Positions 23,534-37,378 are shown, counted from the first letter of the stretch. The stretch: DNA of 64,000 nucleotides from Azolla caroliniana (GCA_043228905.1 JBHGNT010000008.1:15128001-15192000), one strand, 5' to 3'. Numbers and translations are program-made. The notes: a model not told the origin generated them from the letters alone.

Positions 23534-26500
23534 TTACACATCCGTAGGTCCCTTCGGACCCTTACCGTTTTCCTTACGGGTTGCCGTGTCTTCCTTCGCC
23601 TCTGCTACGGGTTCCCCGTCGTCTTTTTCTTCCATCCATACCGTTCCTGGTATAGTGCCGGTGGTCTGCATAAACGGGTTCTTTGGCATCGGTCCTTTAT
23701 AGGGCTTTAATCTAAATCCGTTGACCCACTTGCCTAGTACTTCACCGGCAAGTGTCCCTAACTGGTAGGACCCGTTGTATTCCCGTGTCAGCCAATACGG
23801 GCCTGTCCATCTGAACCGGAGTTTACCCGGCATCTTGCCCATCCTCGTTTGGAATACTAGCACAGGCTTTCCGATTTCGAACATCTTTTCATTACCTTTC
23901 CGGTGACGGTCAACGAACGCTTTCCGTCGTCGTTGCTCCAGTTCCATGTGTAGGATGCTAGCCAGCCGTTGCTCCTCCAGTTCGCATAGTGCTACTAGCC
24001 GCATTTCCTCCGACTCCTTTTCATTCAACCGTTCCCGTAGTTGGATCCGTAAGCTTGGTACCGGAAATTCCACCGGCATGACCGCCTCTAAGCCGAACGC
24101 TAACCGGAACGGCGTTGTCCGGATACTTGTTTTGTATGCCGTTCGGTACGCCCATAGCGCGCTATGGAGCTTTGTATCCCAGTCCGTCCGGTTTTCATTG
24201 ACGATTTTGCGGAGAATGTTCTGCAGCGTTTTGTTGGTGGACTCTGCTAACCCGTTCGCTTGTGGGTAGTACGGTGTGCTCCGTTTATGGACCACGGCAT
24301 AGAACGTTGTTAAGCTTTCCACTACCTGGCCGAGGAAGTGCCCTCCTTGGTCGCTGATTAATTCAATCGGACATCCATATCGGCACCAAATGTTCTCGTA
24401 CAGGAATTTTGCTGTGGATGACGCGGTATTGTCTCTCAAGGCCTTAGCCTCCACCCATTTAGTGCAATAATCTGTTGCCACGATGACATAACGATTACCC
24501 GTTCTCATTGCCGGTGGCTTGAACGGTCCGACAAAATCTAACCCCCACTTCTGGAATGGCTCTAGTGGAAGTACCGGTTGGTGTGGCATCCGTGCTTGCT
24601 CCGTAGGCTGGCCCATTCGTTGGCATAGGTCACATTCCTTAGCGTACTTGACGGCGTCTTTTAACGTCGTGGGCCACCATAAGCCGCTCTGCCATACTTT
24701 CCTTGCCGTCGCTTCCCCGGCATAGTGTCCTCCGGCAACCCCACAGTGTGCTTCCCGTAAGATTACTTGTTTCTCGTCACTACGGACTGCCCGTCTCCAT
24801 ATTCCATCTGCTCCTTTGTGGTAGAGAGTGTCCCGTAACAGACAGAAATTGCGGCTCTGCACCGCCAGTCGTTTCCTCTCGTCCCGGTTCATTTCCTCCG
24901 GTGGCAGGCCCGTGCTTAGGAACTGGTGCATGTTTGTCAGCCACCTATCTTCTGATGCCACTGTTTCGTCCGCTGCCGTTTCCGGGGTGATACGGAATAA
25001 CTCTGCGTCCGGGAATTCATCTGCTACTCCGTCGCCTGATTCTCCGGACTCTAAGCGGCTCAGGTAGTCTGCTACGGCATGCTGGATACCCGGCCGGTGG
25101 AAAATCTCGAATTCGAACTCCTGCAACAGCAAGGTCCAACGGGCCAACTTACCGGTCAAGGATGCCTTGGACACTAAGTACAGGAGCGCCGAGTGATCCA
25201 CATGAAAGGAGAACTTCCTTCCCAATAGGTAATGCCGAAACTTTGTGACACTGTAAATCATGCCCAGGGCCTCCCGTTCCGTCGTCGAATAGTTCTTCTC
25301 CGCTTGGGACAGCTTCCGGCTGGCGTAATATACCGGCCGGTACCATTTGGGCTCCGTAAGTTGCATTAAGGCGCTGCCGATAGTGATGTCGGAAGCGTCA
25401 ACGAACACATGAAATTCCTTGCTCCAATCTAGAGGCTGCACGACGGGTGCTTGCGATAAAAGTGCCTTCAGGGCATTGTATGCCTTATCCTCCGTATCCG
25501 TCCATTGGAACGGTGTCCGATGTACCGCGGTGTGTAATGGTGTAGCCAAGTCAGCCAAGTGACGGAGCATCCGGCTGTGCCACCGGATCTGTCCTAAGAA
25601 TCGGCTTAGTGCTTTGGCCGTTTTCGGCGCCGGTGCCCCTAATATCGCGTTTACTTTGTCCAGGTCGACCGCAATGCCCTCCTTACTTACAATGTGTCCC
25701 AGTAAGATTCCACTTGAAACCCCAAAGATGCATTTTGCTGGGTTTAAGCTTAGCCGGTATAACCTACACTTTTCAAGGCATAACCGTAGGTGCTGCAAAT
25801 GGTCTTTTCCCCGGCTATAGACTGCAAAATCATCCAGGAAAACCTGCATGAAGGCAGGAATGTATTCGCCGAAGATCTCCATGATGATTCGCTGGAAAGT
25901 TGGTGGTGCCGTTTTTAGGCCGAACATCATTACTTCGGCCACAAACACCCCCCATTCGGTGACGAACGCCGTCTTCTCCTGGTCGTCCGGGTGCATCCGG
26001 ATTTGATTGTAACCGCAGAACCCGTCTAGAAAGCTATAAACTTCATGGCCGGCGACGGCATCCAGTACTCCATCCGTGAACGGAAGAGGGAATGCATCCG
26101 TAATTGTGGCTGCATTTAATTTCTTGTAATCTACACACACGCGGATTTTACCGTTCTCCTTTGGGACGACGACGATGGGGCTCAGCCACGTCGCTTTCTT
26201 TACCGGCCGGATGAAGCCCACTCTTAGGAGTTTGTCGATTTCCTCCTTCACTTTGGCGGCGTAGTTGGGGTTCATTCGGTAACGTCGTTGCGCCACTGGT
26301 TTCGCGTCCTTGCCTAAGTGGATCTGATGCTGATATAATTGAGGGTCCAGCCCTCGCATGTCCTCGTATGACCAGGCGAATACGTCGCGAAACTCCGTGA
26401 GAAGTTTGATCATCGCCGCTTTATCTTCCGGCTTCATTTCTTTGGCGATGTGAACCGGCTTTGATTCGTCCTTGCTTCCTAGGTTCACTTCGTCGAGCTG

Positions 26501-29367
26501 GGATGTTTTTACCCGTTGGGAAACGGCCATTTCCCGTTCCAACGCTTCCTGTGCTTGCCGTAATTCCCGAATCGCATCTTTGTCTGGTTCGGCTTCGGTT
26601 TCGTCCCGCTGCGGCAAGTATGGTGCTACGGCTTCAGCCACGTCAATCTCGAAGAGTGGTACGATCTTCGGGTGTTCCTCCAAGTACTGGGCTTCTTCGT
26701 CGTCTGCCAACCCTTCAAGCATGTTCACGCATTCCGCATACAGCGGTGTGCATTCCTTACCGTTGCTCGTCCGTGGTTGTGTCGGTACCCGGACCTTGGC
26801 TTTTCCGCGCCGGAAGGTAATCATATTTTTCCGCCAATTTTGCTTGATGTGTGCTGTTTTCAACCATGGTCTACCCAGCAACAGTGGGTACGCGCCTTGC
26901 GCCTGTAGCTGCAGCACTACAACCGAGATGTGAAATGTGTGACCTCCTATGGTGACTTCCAATTTCCGTATTAAGCCCGTCGGCCGTACAGAGCTCGTAT
27001 CCGCCATCCGTAGCCAGAACGGACATGGCTCCCATTCATGTATACCCAAGGCATCACACGTGCGGAGGCTTATTACGTTCACCCCGGAACCTCCATCGAT
27101 TACGGTGCCGGGAAGTTCGTGCCCTTTGACAATAGCTGTAATCACCGGACTACTAGTGTCCACCACCGTCGGTCCCTCCTCCGGATTCGAGAAGAGGACT
27201 GGTGCTGGTGGGGCTATACCGTCTGTCATGACCGTTTTTAGTCCTTCCGTAAATCGTGGCACGAGCTGCAAGAGTCTTCCTAATGGCAACGTGATCTGAC
27301 ATTCTTGCAGTGCTTGCCATGTCTCGTTTTCTGCGTGGCTACCGCCGGCACTCCCTATGGTATTCGCCTTTTGCCGTTCCGCGTCCGCGACGTTCCTTTC
27401 ATTGGCTTCCTTTACCCATTCCGTCGCCTGTTTTCGTATGGCCTCTTGTGTTTCCCACTCTTTGGCCATGCCTTTCGACCGTGTGGTGACTTGCTGTATA
27501 TCCGCCACTTCCGGAACCACCATATTAACTGTTGGTCGTTTCCCGTAGCTCTTTACCAGGCACTGGTTACTGTAGTGGCCTTCCTGCCTGCAGTAGTAGC
27601 AGTACTCTTTACGGGTATTGCTGGATTCAGCATTGCTGGTAGCCGGAGTCGGTCCCGTAGTGAGTGGTGCGTTCTGTGCCGGTTGGCTTCTTGGGGTTCC
27701 CTGTTCCGGGTCCCTAGGGTGACCACCTTTCTTGAAATTACGTTTCTTATTATTCTTATTTTTATTTCGGTAGTCCGGTCGTGGTGGATCGTAAAATCGG
27801 CCGTAGTCCTCCTGGTGCCTTCGGTAACCAGGGGAATGGTCTCTGTCGTATTGCTCGTGTCGTCTGTTGGACTCCCGATAACGGTCCGATCGCTCATACC
27901 GGTCGTAGTTATCATGCCGATTCCCGTACCGGCCATCATTCTCTTTTCTATCTCCGTACCGGACATCCTGTGCCGGTTGGTACCGGTTCATTCTTTGCCA
28001 ACGATCGTCATCTTCGTCTCGGCTGCTTCTTGGCTCGATCCGTCGGACGGGTGGTGCTTGTCGGTTTAACAGGTTATACTCGCACCGGTCCGTTGTATGA
28101 CTCTTGGATTGACAAATCACACACTGGGTTCGCATGGTGCACTCCACTGCCGAGTGTCCGGCATTCAAGCAGATTGTGCATTGAATTGCCTGCCGGAACC
28201 GGAGATCTTCCTCGGTGGGTAACGCCTGTTGCAGTGTTCCCAGTGTAAGCCATGAGCTTGACTTTTCCATTTCTCTGACCCGGTCAATGACCTAGTCAAT
28301 GCTGCTTCCTCGAAAGTCGATTACCGTACACACCGTGCGTAACGGTTCCCGGAGTGCGTTTAAAAATATCGTCCGTAATTCCTCCTCCGGGGCTGCACGG
28401 GTAAGCTGGCTATGCATTCGTTGGAAACGGATGACGAATTGGGGAATGCTTTCCCCTGCCTCCTGTCGGATCGTATAAAACAGGCCCACCATTGTCGTCT
28501 GGTCGACCTCCTTGTGGAAAAAATGCAAGAATTTTGCTTTTAATTCTGCAAAGGTTGTGATGGTCGCCGGGTCCTGCGTCCGCCGCCATCGTGTCGCTGG
28601 TCCTTCGAACGTGACCCCGAATTCCGCTATCTTCGAGCGTTCTTCTTCCTCCGGTGTCATTCGCTGGGACGTGTGATTTGCTTCCCATGTCTGCTCAAAG
28701 GCATGAACATGTGCTTCCGCGTCCGGATCATCGCGATACTTTGAGTATTGGAACGGCATGTCGTCGTCCAGTATTAGGCCGCGGTTTAGTGGCGTTTGTT
28801 GATATCTTTCCGGTTTCCTCTCCGGTTCCACTTCCGGTTGTTTTGTCGGTGCTTTTTCCGGTTCCTCTTCCGGTTCTTTCACCGGCTCGTCTTCCGGTAC
28901 CTTTGCCGGCTCTTTCGTTGGTGTCGGTGGCTTTGCTACTTCCACTTCCGGTGTTGGTGGGTTGACGGCTTCCGTTTGCGGTTCCGGTTCTGGAGTCGGC
29001 ACGGTATCCGACCCGTCGTTCTCCGGGCCGCCGGGGGTATCGTTGCTGCTCCGGTAGTTCGTGTGCACGCTGTATCCCCCTTCGGAATCCGATTCGTAGG
29101 CTGAAAAACTTCTGCCTCGTTTTCTCCGCTTGCCAGCGCCTCCAGGAGACGTTCGGTTTCCCGGAGACTACTTAGACTGCTTCCGTCGTCCTGGTCGCGA
29201 GTTTGCTGTAACCGAAGAGATTCCTCCGCGACTCTCCGGATCTCGTTGGAGAACGAACGATCCGAGCGAATTTCGTGCGCTGCTTGCTGGAAAGTCTCAC
29301 GCCGTCTTTGTCGTTCGGCGAGGCGTCGAGCTCGGTCTGTAACCAGGTCGTGCGTTGGTCTAGTCAT
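23534..29367 (-). pseudogene. gag-pol polyprotein (Zn knuckles, protease IDGGS, RT FLDD, RNase H, integrase with GPY) with two lesions in gag
   Basis: 1578-aa ORF at 23534-28270 is intact; upstream there is an in-frame TAG at 28292-28294 (CAG in the relic copy) and a 1-nt frameshift in the A-run at ~29104-29108. Confidence 0.93.
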
Positions 29368-29402
29368 CCATTACCGTCGTTCGCTGCGAGAAAGCAGGAA
29401 TC

Positions 29403-29412
29403 GTGGTCGCCA
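29403..29412 (-). other. Primer-binding site, tRNA-Arg(UCG)-like
   Basis: TGGCGACCAC 6 nt (CAGTTT) after the 5' LTR; same spacer and nearly the same site in the relic at 18232. Confidence 0.7.
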
Positions 29413-31647
29413 AAACTGTGTTATTCTCTGACCGGACAAGGCCTAACACAAGGTGTCACGGAGACACTTCACCAAAGGGTGATTACGGCATAGGATTAAG
29501 ATTCAACGATTACACCGACTTACGTAGGTTACACGATTAGAGTGCTTTGGTTAATTACACGCGTAAGGTATAACAGTGATTACAGAACGGAAATCAACAC
29601 AGAAGTATAAACACCATATGCTCTATTAATTATCCGCTCCGATTACAATGGGGTCCGGGCCTTTAAATAGGTTTCCGGCCCGTAGTACAAAACGGTGCCC
29701 ATCGCACCTATTCGGGATCCGTCTGGATCTGGAACGGCATACCGTTTCCAGTCCGTCCGTCCACACTATTCCTATTTACAACCACACTTAATTAATTCCT
29801 TCACTCCGTATTTTGGACTCCTTGCTGGCCGGTAACAACAACCAGATACAGACTATTGACAATTTGAATGTCATGATGGATTACTATTCTTTAAGAAACT
29901 CTTGTATGTTCCTAATGGTTCTTGTTGCCTTCGAGTAGTCCAAAATTGTCATGATATATACAACTGGGCATTTTGGTAGTACTAAAACATTAGATTTAGT
30001 ACAATGATCACTCTCGTGGCCCCATATGCGACAATTTATAGAAGATTTTGTTCGGACTTGTGATACATTTTTCAGAGCAAAAATGCTAAGGCATCATCCA
30101 TATGGTTTATTAGAACCATTACCACTTCCAAGCAAGCAGTGGCAATCCATTGCTCTAGATTTCAACACAGATCTTCCAGTCTCTAACGGATTCAATGCAA
30201 TCTTAACAGTAGTAGATCGATATACGAAGATGGCCAATTTCCAGTGAGGAAACCGCCGAAACTGTCATGCGTGAAGTATGTCGGCATCATGGCCTTCCTA
30301 ATATTATCATCAGTTCATCTCAAAATTCTAGAAGCACCTCTTTAAAATTCTCAAGATCACTTGTAACTTCTCCTCCGGCTACCACCCGCAAATAGACAGC
30401 CAAGCAAAACGAACAAATCAAACGTCGGAGCAGTATCTTCAGTACTTTCTAAGCTATCATCAAGATGATTGGGCAGTATTCTCCACTTCGCCGAATTTGC
30501 GTATAATAACTCTGTCCACTCATCGACAAAGGTTACACCATTTTATGCTTATACGGGCTGTCACCCCCGGTGGTGTGTATTTGAAACCCTAGAGTTACCC
30601 ACAAATCCTTGTGCAGAGGATCATTTGGAGCGGTTACGCAAGATACAAGCGTATTTATCTACTCATCTACAGTAAGCTCAACAAACACACAAGGTTTACG
30701 TGGATCGTCATTTGCTTCCATCTAGTTTTAACATTGGAGATCGGGTATGGCTACTACGACAACACATCAAGAGTATTCGCCCATGCGAGAAGTTGGATTA
30801 TCAGCGATTAGGTCCTTTCCGTATTATCGAAAAAATTAATGATGTCACTTTTCATCTCGATCTACCTCCAGAACTTCGGATATGTCCGGTGTTTCATAGT
30901 TCTCTCCTCGAACCCTATCAAGACCGCACCATCCTAGGTCGTATTAAACAGCCTCCACCCCCGATCGAACTTGAAGATGGACCTGAGTACAAGGTTGCCA
31001 CCATCCTCGATTCCAAGATTGTTCGCAACAAGCTCTACTATTTAGTCGATTCGCTAGGATATAGTCCCAGTGAGCGTACTTGGGAACCAATAGAGAATGT
31101 GATCAATGCTTGTGCTCTTCTTGAAGACTTCCAGACAACGGGTCGTCAATCCAAAATGACTTGTCGTTTTAAAGGGGGGATGGTGTCATGATATGGCAAG
31201 ACTTGAACCCATGACCTTATGTTACATAGGTCGAGCTCTTGACCATTAGACTATATGTTGTAATACGAACGATAATATTTTCATTTAAGTTTTGCTATAG
31301 AAAATTGATGTTTATTCCAGATTTCTCTGGAACATTCTAGAAACTTCAGGAGTACTCCTGAGAACACTATAAAAGGAGGCACAAGGCATTATTTCGAATC
31401 AAATCGGTTCTACGCCAGTCTTAAGCCTCCTAGCTACTATTGTATATTCTCTTAACATAATATATATCTTTTGTTATCATCATTCTCTCTCTCTCTCTCT
31501 CGATCTCCCTCTCTCTCACTCACGCTTTCCTTCTCTCGAGAGTTCTACACCTCCCTTAATACTAATCCTCATCTTTTAGTACTAATTCCTTCTCTGTCTT
31601 AGTACTGCTCCTCACAGTACTTCTCTGTCATAGTACTGTTCCTAACA

Positions 31648-34225
31648 GATATCATCCAGAAACGACATGGTAATGTCAGGGATGCAGTCCCTCAAAACCT
31701 TGTTCGTCACGTTCAGCATGTGCGCCACCGAGTTGGTCCCTCCCTACGGTAGGGTGCACAAAGTAGGCGAGAGGGGTTCGCATCGTCGTGATGTCCCTAC
31801 TCTCTACGACTAGTTGGATCTGGTTGTACCCCGAGAACAAATAGCCGAACAAATCGCCGAACGACTAGATCGACCTTCCGGTGAAGGCCTCCGCAAACTC
31901 GTCGATTGTCAGCCCGATTCCAGTGTTACGAATGGTCACCTTGTTGACCGGCTGCAGGTCCTCAATGAAGCGAAGTGTGCTATTCTTCTTTGGCACCGTA
32001 AACCACCGATTCGAATATGGGGTGCTCAACGGCTCGAGGATCCCCATCTCGACCTTTCTCTTGATCAACTCCATCAACTTCAAGATGTGAGCTCTCGGCC
32101 CCGGAATCAGCTTGGGATTCCATGGTACCTACGATACCGTGAAGATCACCATCGGCTCTATGATTGTCGGGTCGACGCACCCGATCTCCTTCGGAGAGAG
32201 TGCGAAGCCTTTCGTGTGGCTTCCAAGCATCCTCCTATACCGGTCTTCCTCCACGGGTAGTAGGAAGCAACCCCCACTGATCTTGAGCTCCCGTAGCGTC
32301 TCGTCGGTGAACCAGTGCCCTATGTCAGCCGAATCTCGTAAAGTTGGGTCGGTCGTGACCCCTTTCATCCGCTACCATCTGTCTGCTAGCAAGGGAGCCA
32401 CTACTAGCCTCAACTTTCGGTCCACAATCTTGTACTTCGTGCATACGAAGGCCATCCGATCCGACCCGACCCTCCTTCCGAAGTCCGTGATGACTTCATA
32501 CATTTCTATCAAACTGACTGGAATAATCCGATCTTCGCGTAGGCCCTCATTGGCCAACCTCTCGATCTCCCTGAGAGTGTTGTCGAATGAGACCACCTCC
32601 ACACCACCACTGATCTCGTCCTCGAAGTTCAAGGCGCCATAAGCCTTCAAACGTCATTCGACCCGCTTCTTCTCCCGGCCATCGATACCGATTACGGTAC
32701 AACCTCCATAATCAAAGGGCCAAATTTTCCTTCCTATGGTACAAGTGTGGGGATTCTTCCGGTTGTCTAGACTATCGCGGCTCCACACCTTGATAGTCCT
32801 CTCTAGAAATCCCCTTGACCCTCATTGCCAAGAGAATCTCGGTTTTGTTTAGGATTTGGCCTCACCGTCAGCAATTGGACAAAGTGCTTACCATCCTGGC
32901 TCTTCACCCTTGCATACCCCAAACCGTTGTCCAACACTTTGGTCTCCATATGAGCCGTCGTATTGTAAAGTTTGTCAAGTATCACCGGATGCGTGGATGT
33001 CTCCTGCACGAAAAAGTGTTTGTCGATCTCAACATCCCCGACCCTAACTCGGACATTCGGGCATGGACCATGAAGCTCTTCGGTAGTGCGGATCGCATTG
33101 CATATCTTTCACCCATGCTTCGTGTTGATCAGCCATTTACCCTTCTTGTAGAAGTCCATCGACATCAAATTGATTTCCGATCCATGGTCGATCAGTGTCA
33201 CCATCGGCTCCTTCACATTCCCGATTCGGACCAGGGTTTCAGTGGCCGCTTTGGCCCAATGTAGGTTCATGTATTGGCTCTCCAGGAACTCCTCTTCCTA
33301 CCATTTCCTCGTTAACAGGTCCATGATAGGATCGTGTAATTCCTTCTTTTCGATCCATAGCACCTCCCTTAATGAGAGCTCCACCTTGTTGGTGAGGATT
33401 CCTTCTTCAAAGACCTTCCGTAGGTCTGTCACACTCTCTATCTCCAAGCTCAACCGGAAGCTTGATAATTACGCCTTCTCCTGCGAACCGGTCAGACCTT
33501 CGTCATTTCTCTTCGGACCGGTCCGAGTCTCATATCGGTTTGAAGACCCCGCTCCTCCAGATTTTCTGGCCCGCTTTTCTTATACGAGGACCTCATAGTT
33601 CTGGCACACGGCTTCCGCAAAGCCAGTTTTCTCTTCCCTTGGATCATTCCATACGGTGCACTCTTGGATCCACCTCTCCGTTTGGTCCGCCTCTTCCTTT
33701 CGTAATCTCACCCCCGAATGGCCTTCCAGTACTAGTGGCCAAAATTTGGTGTTGCTTCCAGATGCGGCACCCTTCTCTCCACCTACATGGATCCCTGCTG
33801 ACAACGAGTAATGGATGGCCTCGACATTCCAGGCCATGGCTTCCTCCATTATCCTCTTCATGCCGCCTCGTCCGGTGTTCATTTCGAGGGGCCTTCGTGT
33901 ATCGCATGCATGTACCCATCCATTCTAGAGGTACACGACATTGTTCTTGAGTGCTTCGGCGAAATAGGCACACTCTCTTCAGATGTGGTCTACCGAAGGA
34001 CTCCGGTAATACGATTGGCCCTTACCATCTCTCCGAGCTTGCGCAATCTGGAAATTGCGCACCATCTTCGTCAGCTCCTCCAAATTTGCGCCCTAGAATG
34101 GGCCCTTGACCACGTTGGTCAGAATCGTGCCCGACTCGAGCCACACCTTCGTGTCTCTTCTACCCATGCCGGACTCGGTCCCTTCGGCTTCTTCCCGACA
34201 CCTGGTGTCGTGTGGTTCTTCACAC
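31648..34225 (-). mobile_element. Decayed gag-PR-RT fragment of the same gypsy family as 36719-48585
   Basis: LIDHGSEINLMS, PYSNRWFTVPKK and IPDITMSFLDDI read on the minus strand; broken at the RT DD motif by the chromovirus LTR. Confidence 0.88.
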
Positions 34226-34509
34226 ACGATATGAAAAATACCGAAATAATTATTTAAGATTAAACTTAATGGCTTGGTATGGAAATATGGACAACTTCAA
34301 GAGCTTCCGAATGCATTTTACTACATATGAAACGGACAATTATGAATCAAGTTATGTGAGTAAGAAGATGGGAAAACAGAACTGTGACATATCCCACATA
34401 GATAGGACAACATCAGATCCAACAGTATATAATCAGACCCATAACTTATTATTTCATATGTGTGTGTTTGGAGAATACAACGGTTAGGGTGATTTGGCCC
34501 AAACTATTT

Positions 34510-35890
34510 AGATGGATGGATGCAGATGAACAACTTGGAATGATTTTGGATGATGGTCAAATCAGTGGAGATACAGCTCAATCAGATCGGTTGGGACGCG
34601 CGGCTTGGTCGAGACAAGCGGATCGGTCAGGATGCGAGGATCAGTCAGTAATGATGCACGAATCGAGCGGGACGACTGTACAGATCATGCACAAGTTGAA
34701 CTATATGGATGCATGCAACTAAAAGTAGAGGCCATGCAACTAAAGTAAAGGATGCGTGGATCGGTTGGGATGAGTGTGCAGATCATGCACAAGTTGAATT
34801 GTACGGATGCATGCAACTAAAAGTAGAGGCCATGCAACTAAAGTAAAGGACGTGCGGATTGGGCAGGACGACTATACAGATCATGCACAAGTTGAATTGT
34901 ACGGATGCATGCAACTAAAAGTAGAGGCCATGCAACTAAAGTAAAGCACGCACCGATCAGCCGGGACGACTGTACAGATCATGCACAAGTTGAATTGTAC
35001 GGATGCATGCAACTAAAGTAAAGGGACGCGTAGATCGGGCGGGACAACTGTACAGATCATGCACGGGTCGAACTGTACGGATGCATGCAACTAAAAGTAG
35101 AGGCCATGCAACTAAAGTAAAGGATGTGTGGATCGGTCGGGACGAGTGTTCAGATCATGCACAGGTCGAATTGTACGGATGCATGCAACTAAAAGTAGAG
35201 GCCATGCAACTAAAGTAAAGGATGCGTGGATCGGTCGGGACGAGTGTGTAGATCATGCACAAGTCGAATTGTACGGATGCATGCAACTAAAATTAGAGGC
35301 CATGCAACTAAAGTAAGGTCCTGCATGAGCGCTATTATTAGACGAAAAAGCATGAAGTCTATAGTTAAAAAAGAATGGATTGCTATGTGCTAAGTCTCTT
35401 ATCACTATATAAGGGTGGAAAGCACAATGTAATAGGGTTTTTATTATTATTAAAAAGAGATCTCTCGCATAAACCCTAATTTTCCTTACGGAAAACAACA
35501 TGGATGGATGCGGATGAACTGCTTGGAATGATTTTGGATGACGGTCGGGTCGGTCGGATCGGTCGGGACGTGGTTTGGTCGGATCGGACGGGACGATTGG
35601 ATCAGTCGAGACGCGGCTCGGTCAAATCGGTCGGGACTTGGATCGGTTGGAACGATTGGGAAGTGCGGATTAGTCGATCACGACGCGCTGATCGGGCGGG
35701 ACGACTGTACAGATCATGCACAGGTCGAACTGTATGGATACATGCAACTAAAAGTACAGGCCATGCAACTAAAGTAAAGGTCGTGTGGACACATGCAACT
35801 AAAAATAGAGGTCATGCAACTAAAGTAACTTCATGCATGAATGCTACTATTAGAAGAAAAAGCATCAAGTCTATAGTTATAAAAAGCATG
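34510..35890. repeat. Tandem minisatellite (~85-125 bp units, CATGCAACTAAA-rich) in two blocks
   Basis: GATCATGCACA(A/G)GT(T/C)GAA(T/C)TGTACGGATGCATGCAACTAAAAGTAGAGGCCATGCAACTAAAGTAAAG repeated about eight times; both blocks begin ATGGATGGATGC.GATGAAC. Confidence 0.9.
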
Positions 35891-37378
35891 GATTGGGGTA
35901 AAAGCATGCGAGTGGAAACACTATTATAGCTAATTAGCTACTAAAATGGCCAGAGCTAATCGGGTGGGCTTAGTGGATTTTCTAAACCACACACTTTGAT
36001 AGCATGTTAAGAATTAGGTAATTAAGAAAGGGTTAATTAGTACCTAATTATGTAATTAAGTTAAGTGCAGAAGATTATGTGATATGTGTGTGTGAGAGAG
36101 ATAGAGAGAGGAAGATACACTTATGCACAACTACATGGTGGGGGATGAGTAACTATATTAAAAATCTTCATCAAGTACAAAAATACACACAATGAGACAT
36201 ATATAGATCTCATGTGCACGGGTGCACCTGTGTGGGAGAATATAGGTACAAGGTTGTAAATCCTATATTAAATGTGCTTGGGAGTGGTGGATCTAGAATA
36301 TCCCACTTAAGTACAAGGTCTTATTTAATACGTTATAGTCAACACTTCTAACTAGATTCTATCTAGGTAACTACGACGTTAGATGGTTGACTAACTAACT
36401 AACTCCAGTTGAGCGTGATATCACGACACCACCATTACAATAAGATTGAGGGATTCATGGTCTTCATAGTCAAGGCGTACGATACGGCCATACAGGGTCT
36501 TTCTTTATCAAGTTGATCGTCCCCCTTCTTTTCGGCGGTATACAACACAACCTTCTTTTTCGAATTGATATACTACATGCACCACCCGTTAGCCGTCAAG
36601 TCATAGTCAGGAAGGTCCTCCCCACCAATTGTTGTAGCCATCTTCTTTTGACTATCTTCATCGGACAGTTGTTCCCTATTATCCTCGTGAAAAAAAAGTC
36701 TCTTTCCCTTTTTCACATTGTCGTGAAGAAAACTGGCCCTAAGAAGAATCAAAGGATTCAAGGCATGAACCCGCCTTTGCACGAGTCTGCACGAATTGAT
36801 ACATTGTATATAACTAGGAATAGGACGGCTGATGTAAGCATACTAGGTATTCAATATTTATTAGGAAATCGATGCGTATCTCTGTCTGAACAGACATAGA
36901 ATAAAGTTAACGTGTTTTGATATAACAATCTCCTCAGCAACCTATAAAAGGGAGGGGAGAAGAAGAAGAAGATACCACGTTTTTTTAGGGGAAGAAGGAG
37001 TTGTTGTCGGACTGGGAACCGAGCTCTCTCTTCCTCAATCATCATTCTCTGCAGGGTTGCCATCATTGTAATTGTCACTCTTATTGTAATTGAATCTCTT
37101 GTTTCCGTCTATCTGTGTTATATGTGTCATTTTTGTTATCCATGTTTGTAGGAGTGTCTTCTTTCACTTCTCTCGAGTGTGTTGCTTGATTAAGTCGGTA
37201 TACGCGTTGGTGGTTCAATCAGCGAACAAGTGCCGCCGGCTACTAACAGGTATAGCAGGCCTTACACTTGTGTGCTTCTCGTTTCCTCTTGTCTCTCTTG
37301 CTCCTCGGTTCAGGGCCCCTGTGGTCTCGCCTTAATTCACACCTGAAAGTGAAACAACGCGACATCTTTGGTGAACCC

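Larger units (their letters stand above)
20052..29837 (-). mobile_element. Near-intact non-chromovirus Ty3/gypsy retrotransposon with an extra 3' ORF
   Basis: 419-bp LTRs (20052-20470, 29419-29837; only about four differences seen), TG..CA ends, 5-bp TSD ACAAC (20047-20051, 29838-29842), minus-strand TATTTAAA in the LTR, gag-PR-RT-RH-INT order. Confidence 0.97.
19826..31647 (+). mobile_element. Decayed Tcn1-like chromovirus relic (tether/INT/chromodomain + 3' LTR 31184-31647), interrupted by the 20052-29837 element
   Basis: Pol fragments at 19826-20051 and 29843-31191 align with 62275-63908; PPT AAAGGGGGGATGG then TGTCATG...CCTAACA. Confidence 0.9.

Noticed and set aside
20907-28248. Many plus-strand ORFs antisense to the gag-pol and accessory ORF
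   Set aside because: Shadow frames of GC-rich coding sequence with no recognisable domains.
36078-36430. Possible solo LTR (TGTGATAT...ATATCACG)
   Set aside because: No TSD and no second copy in the window.
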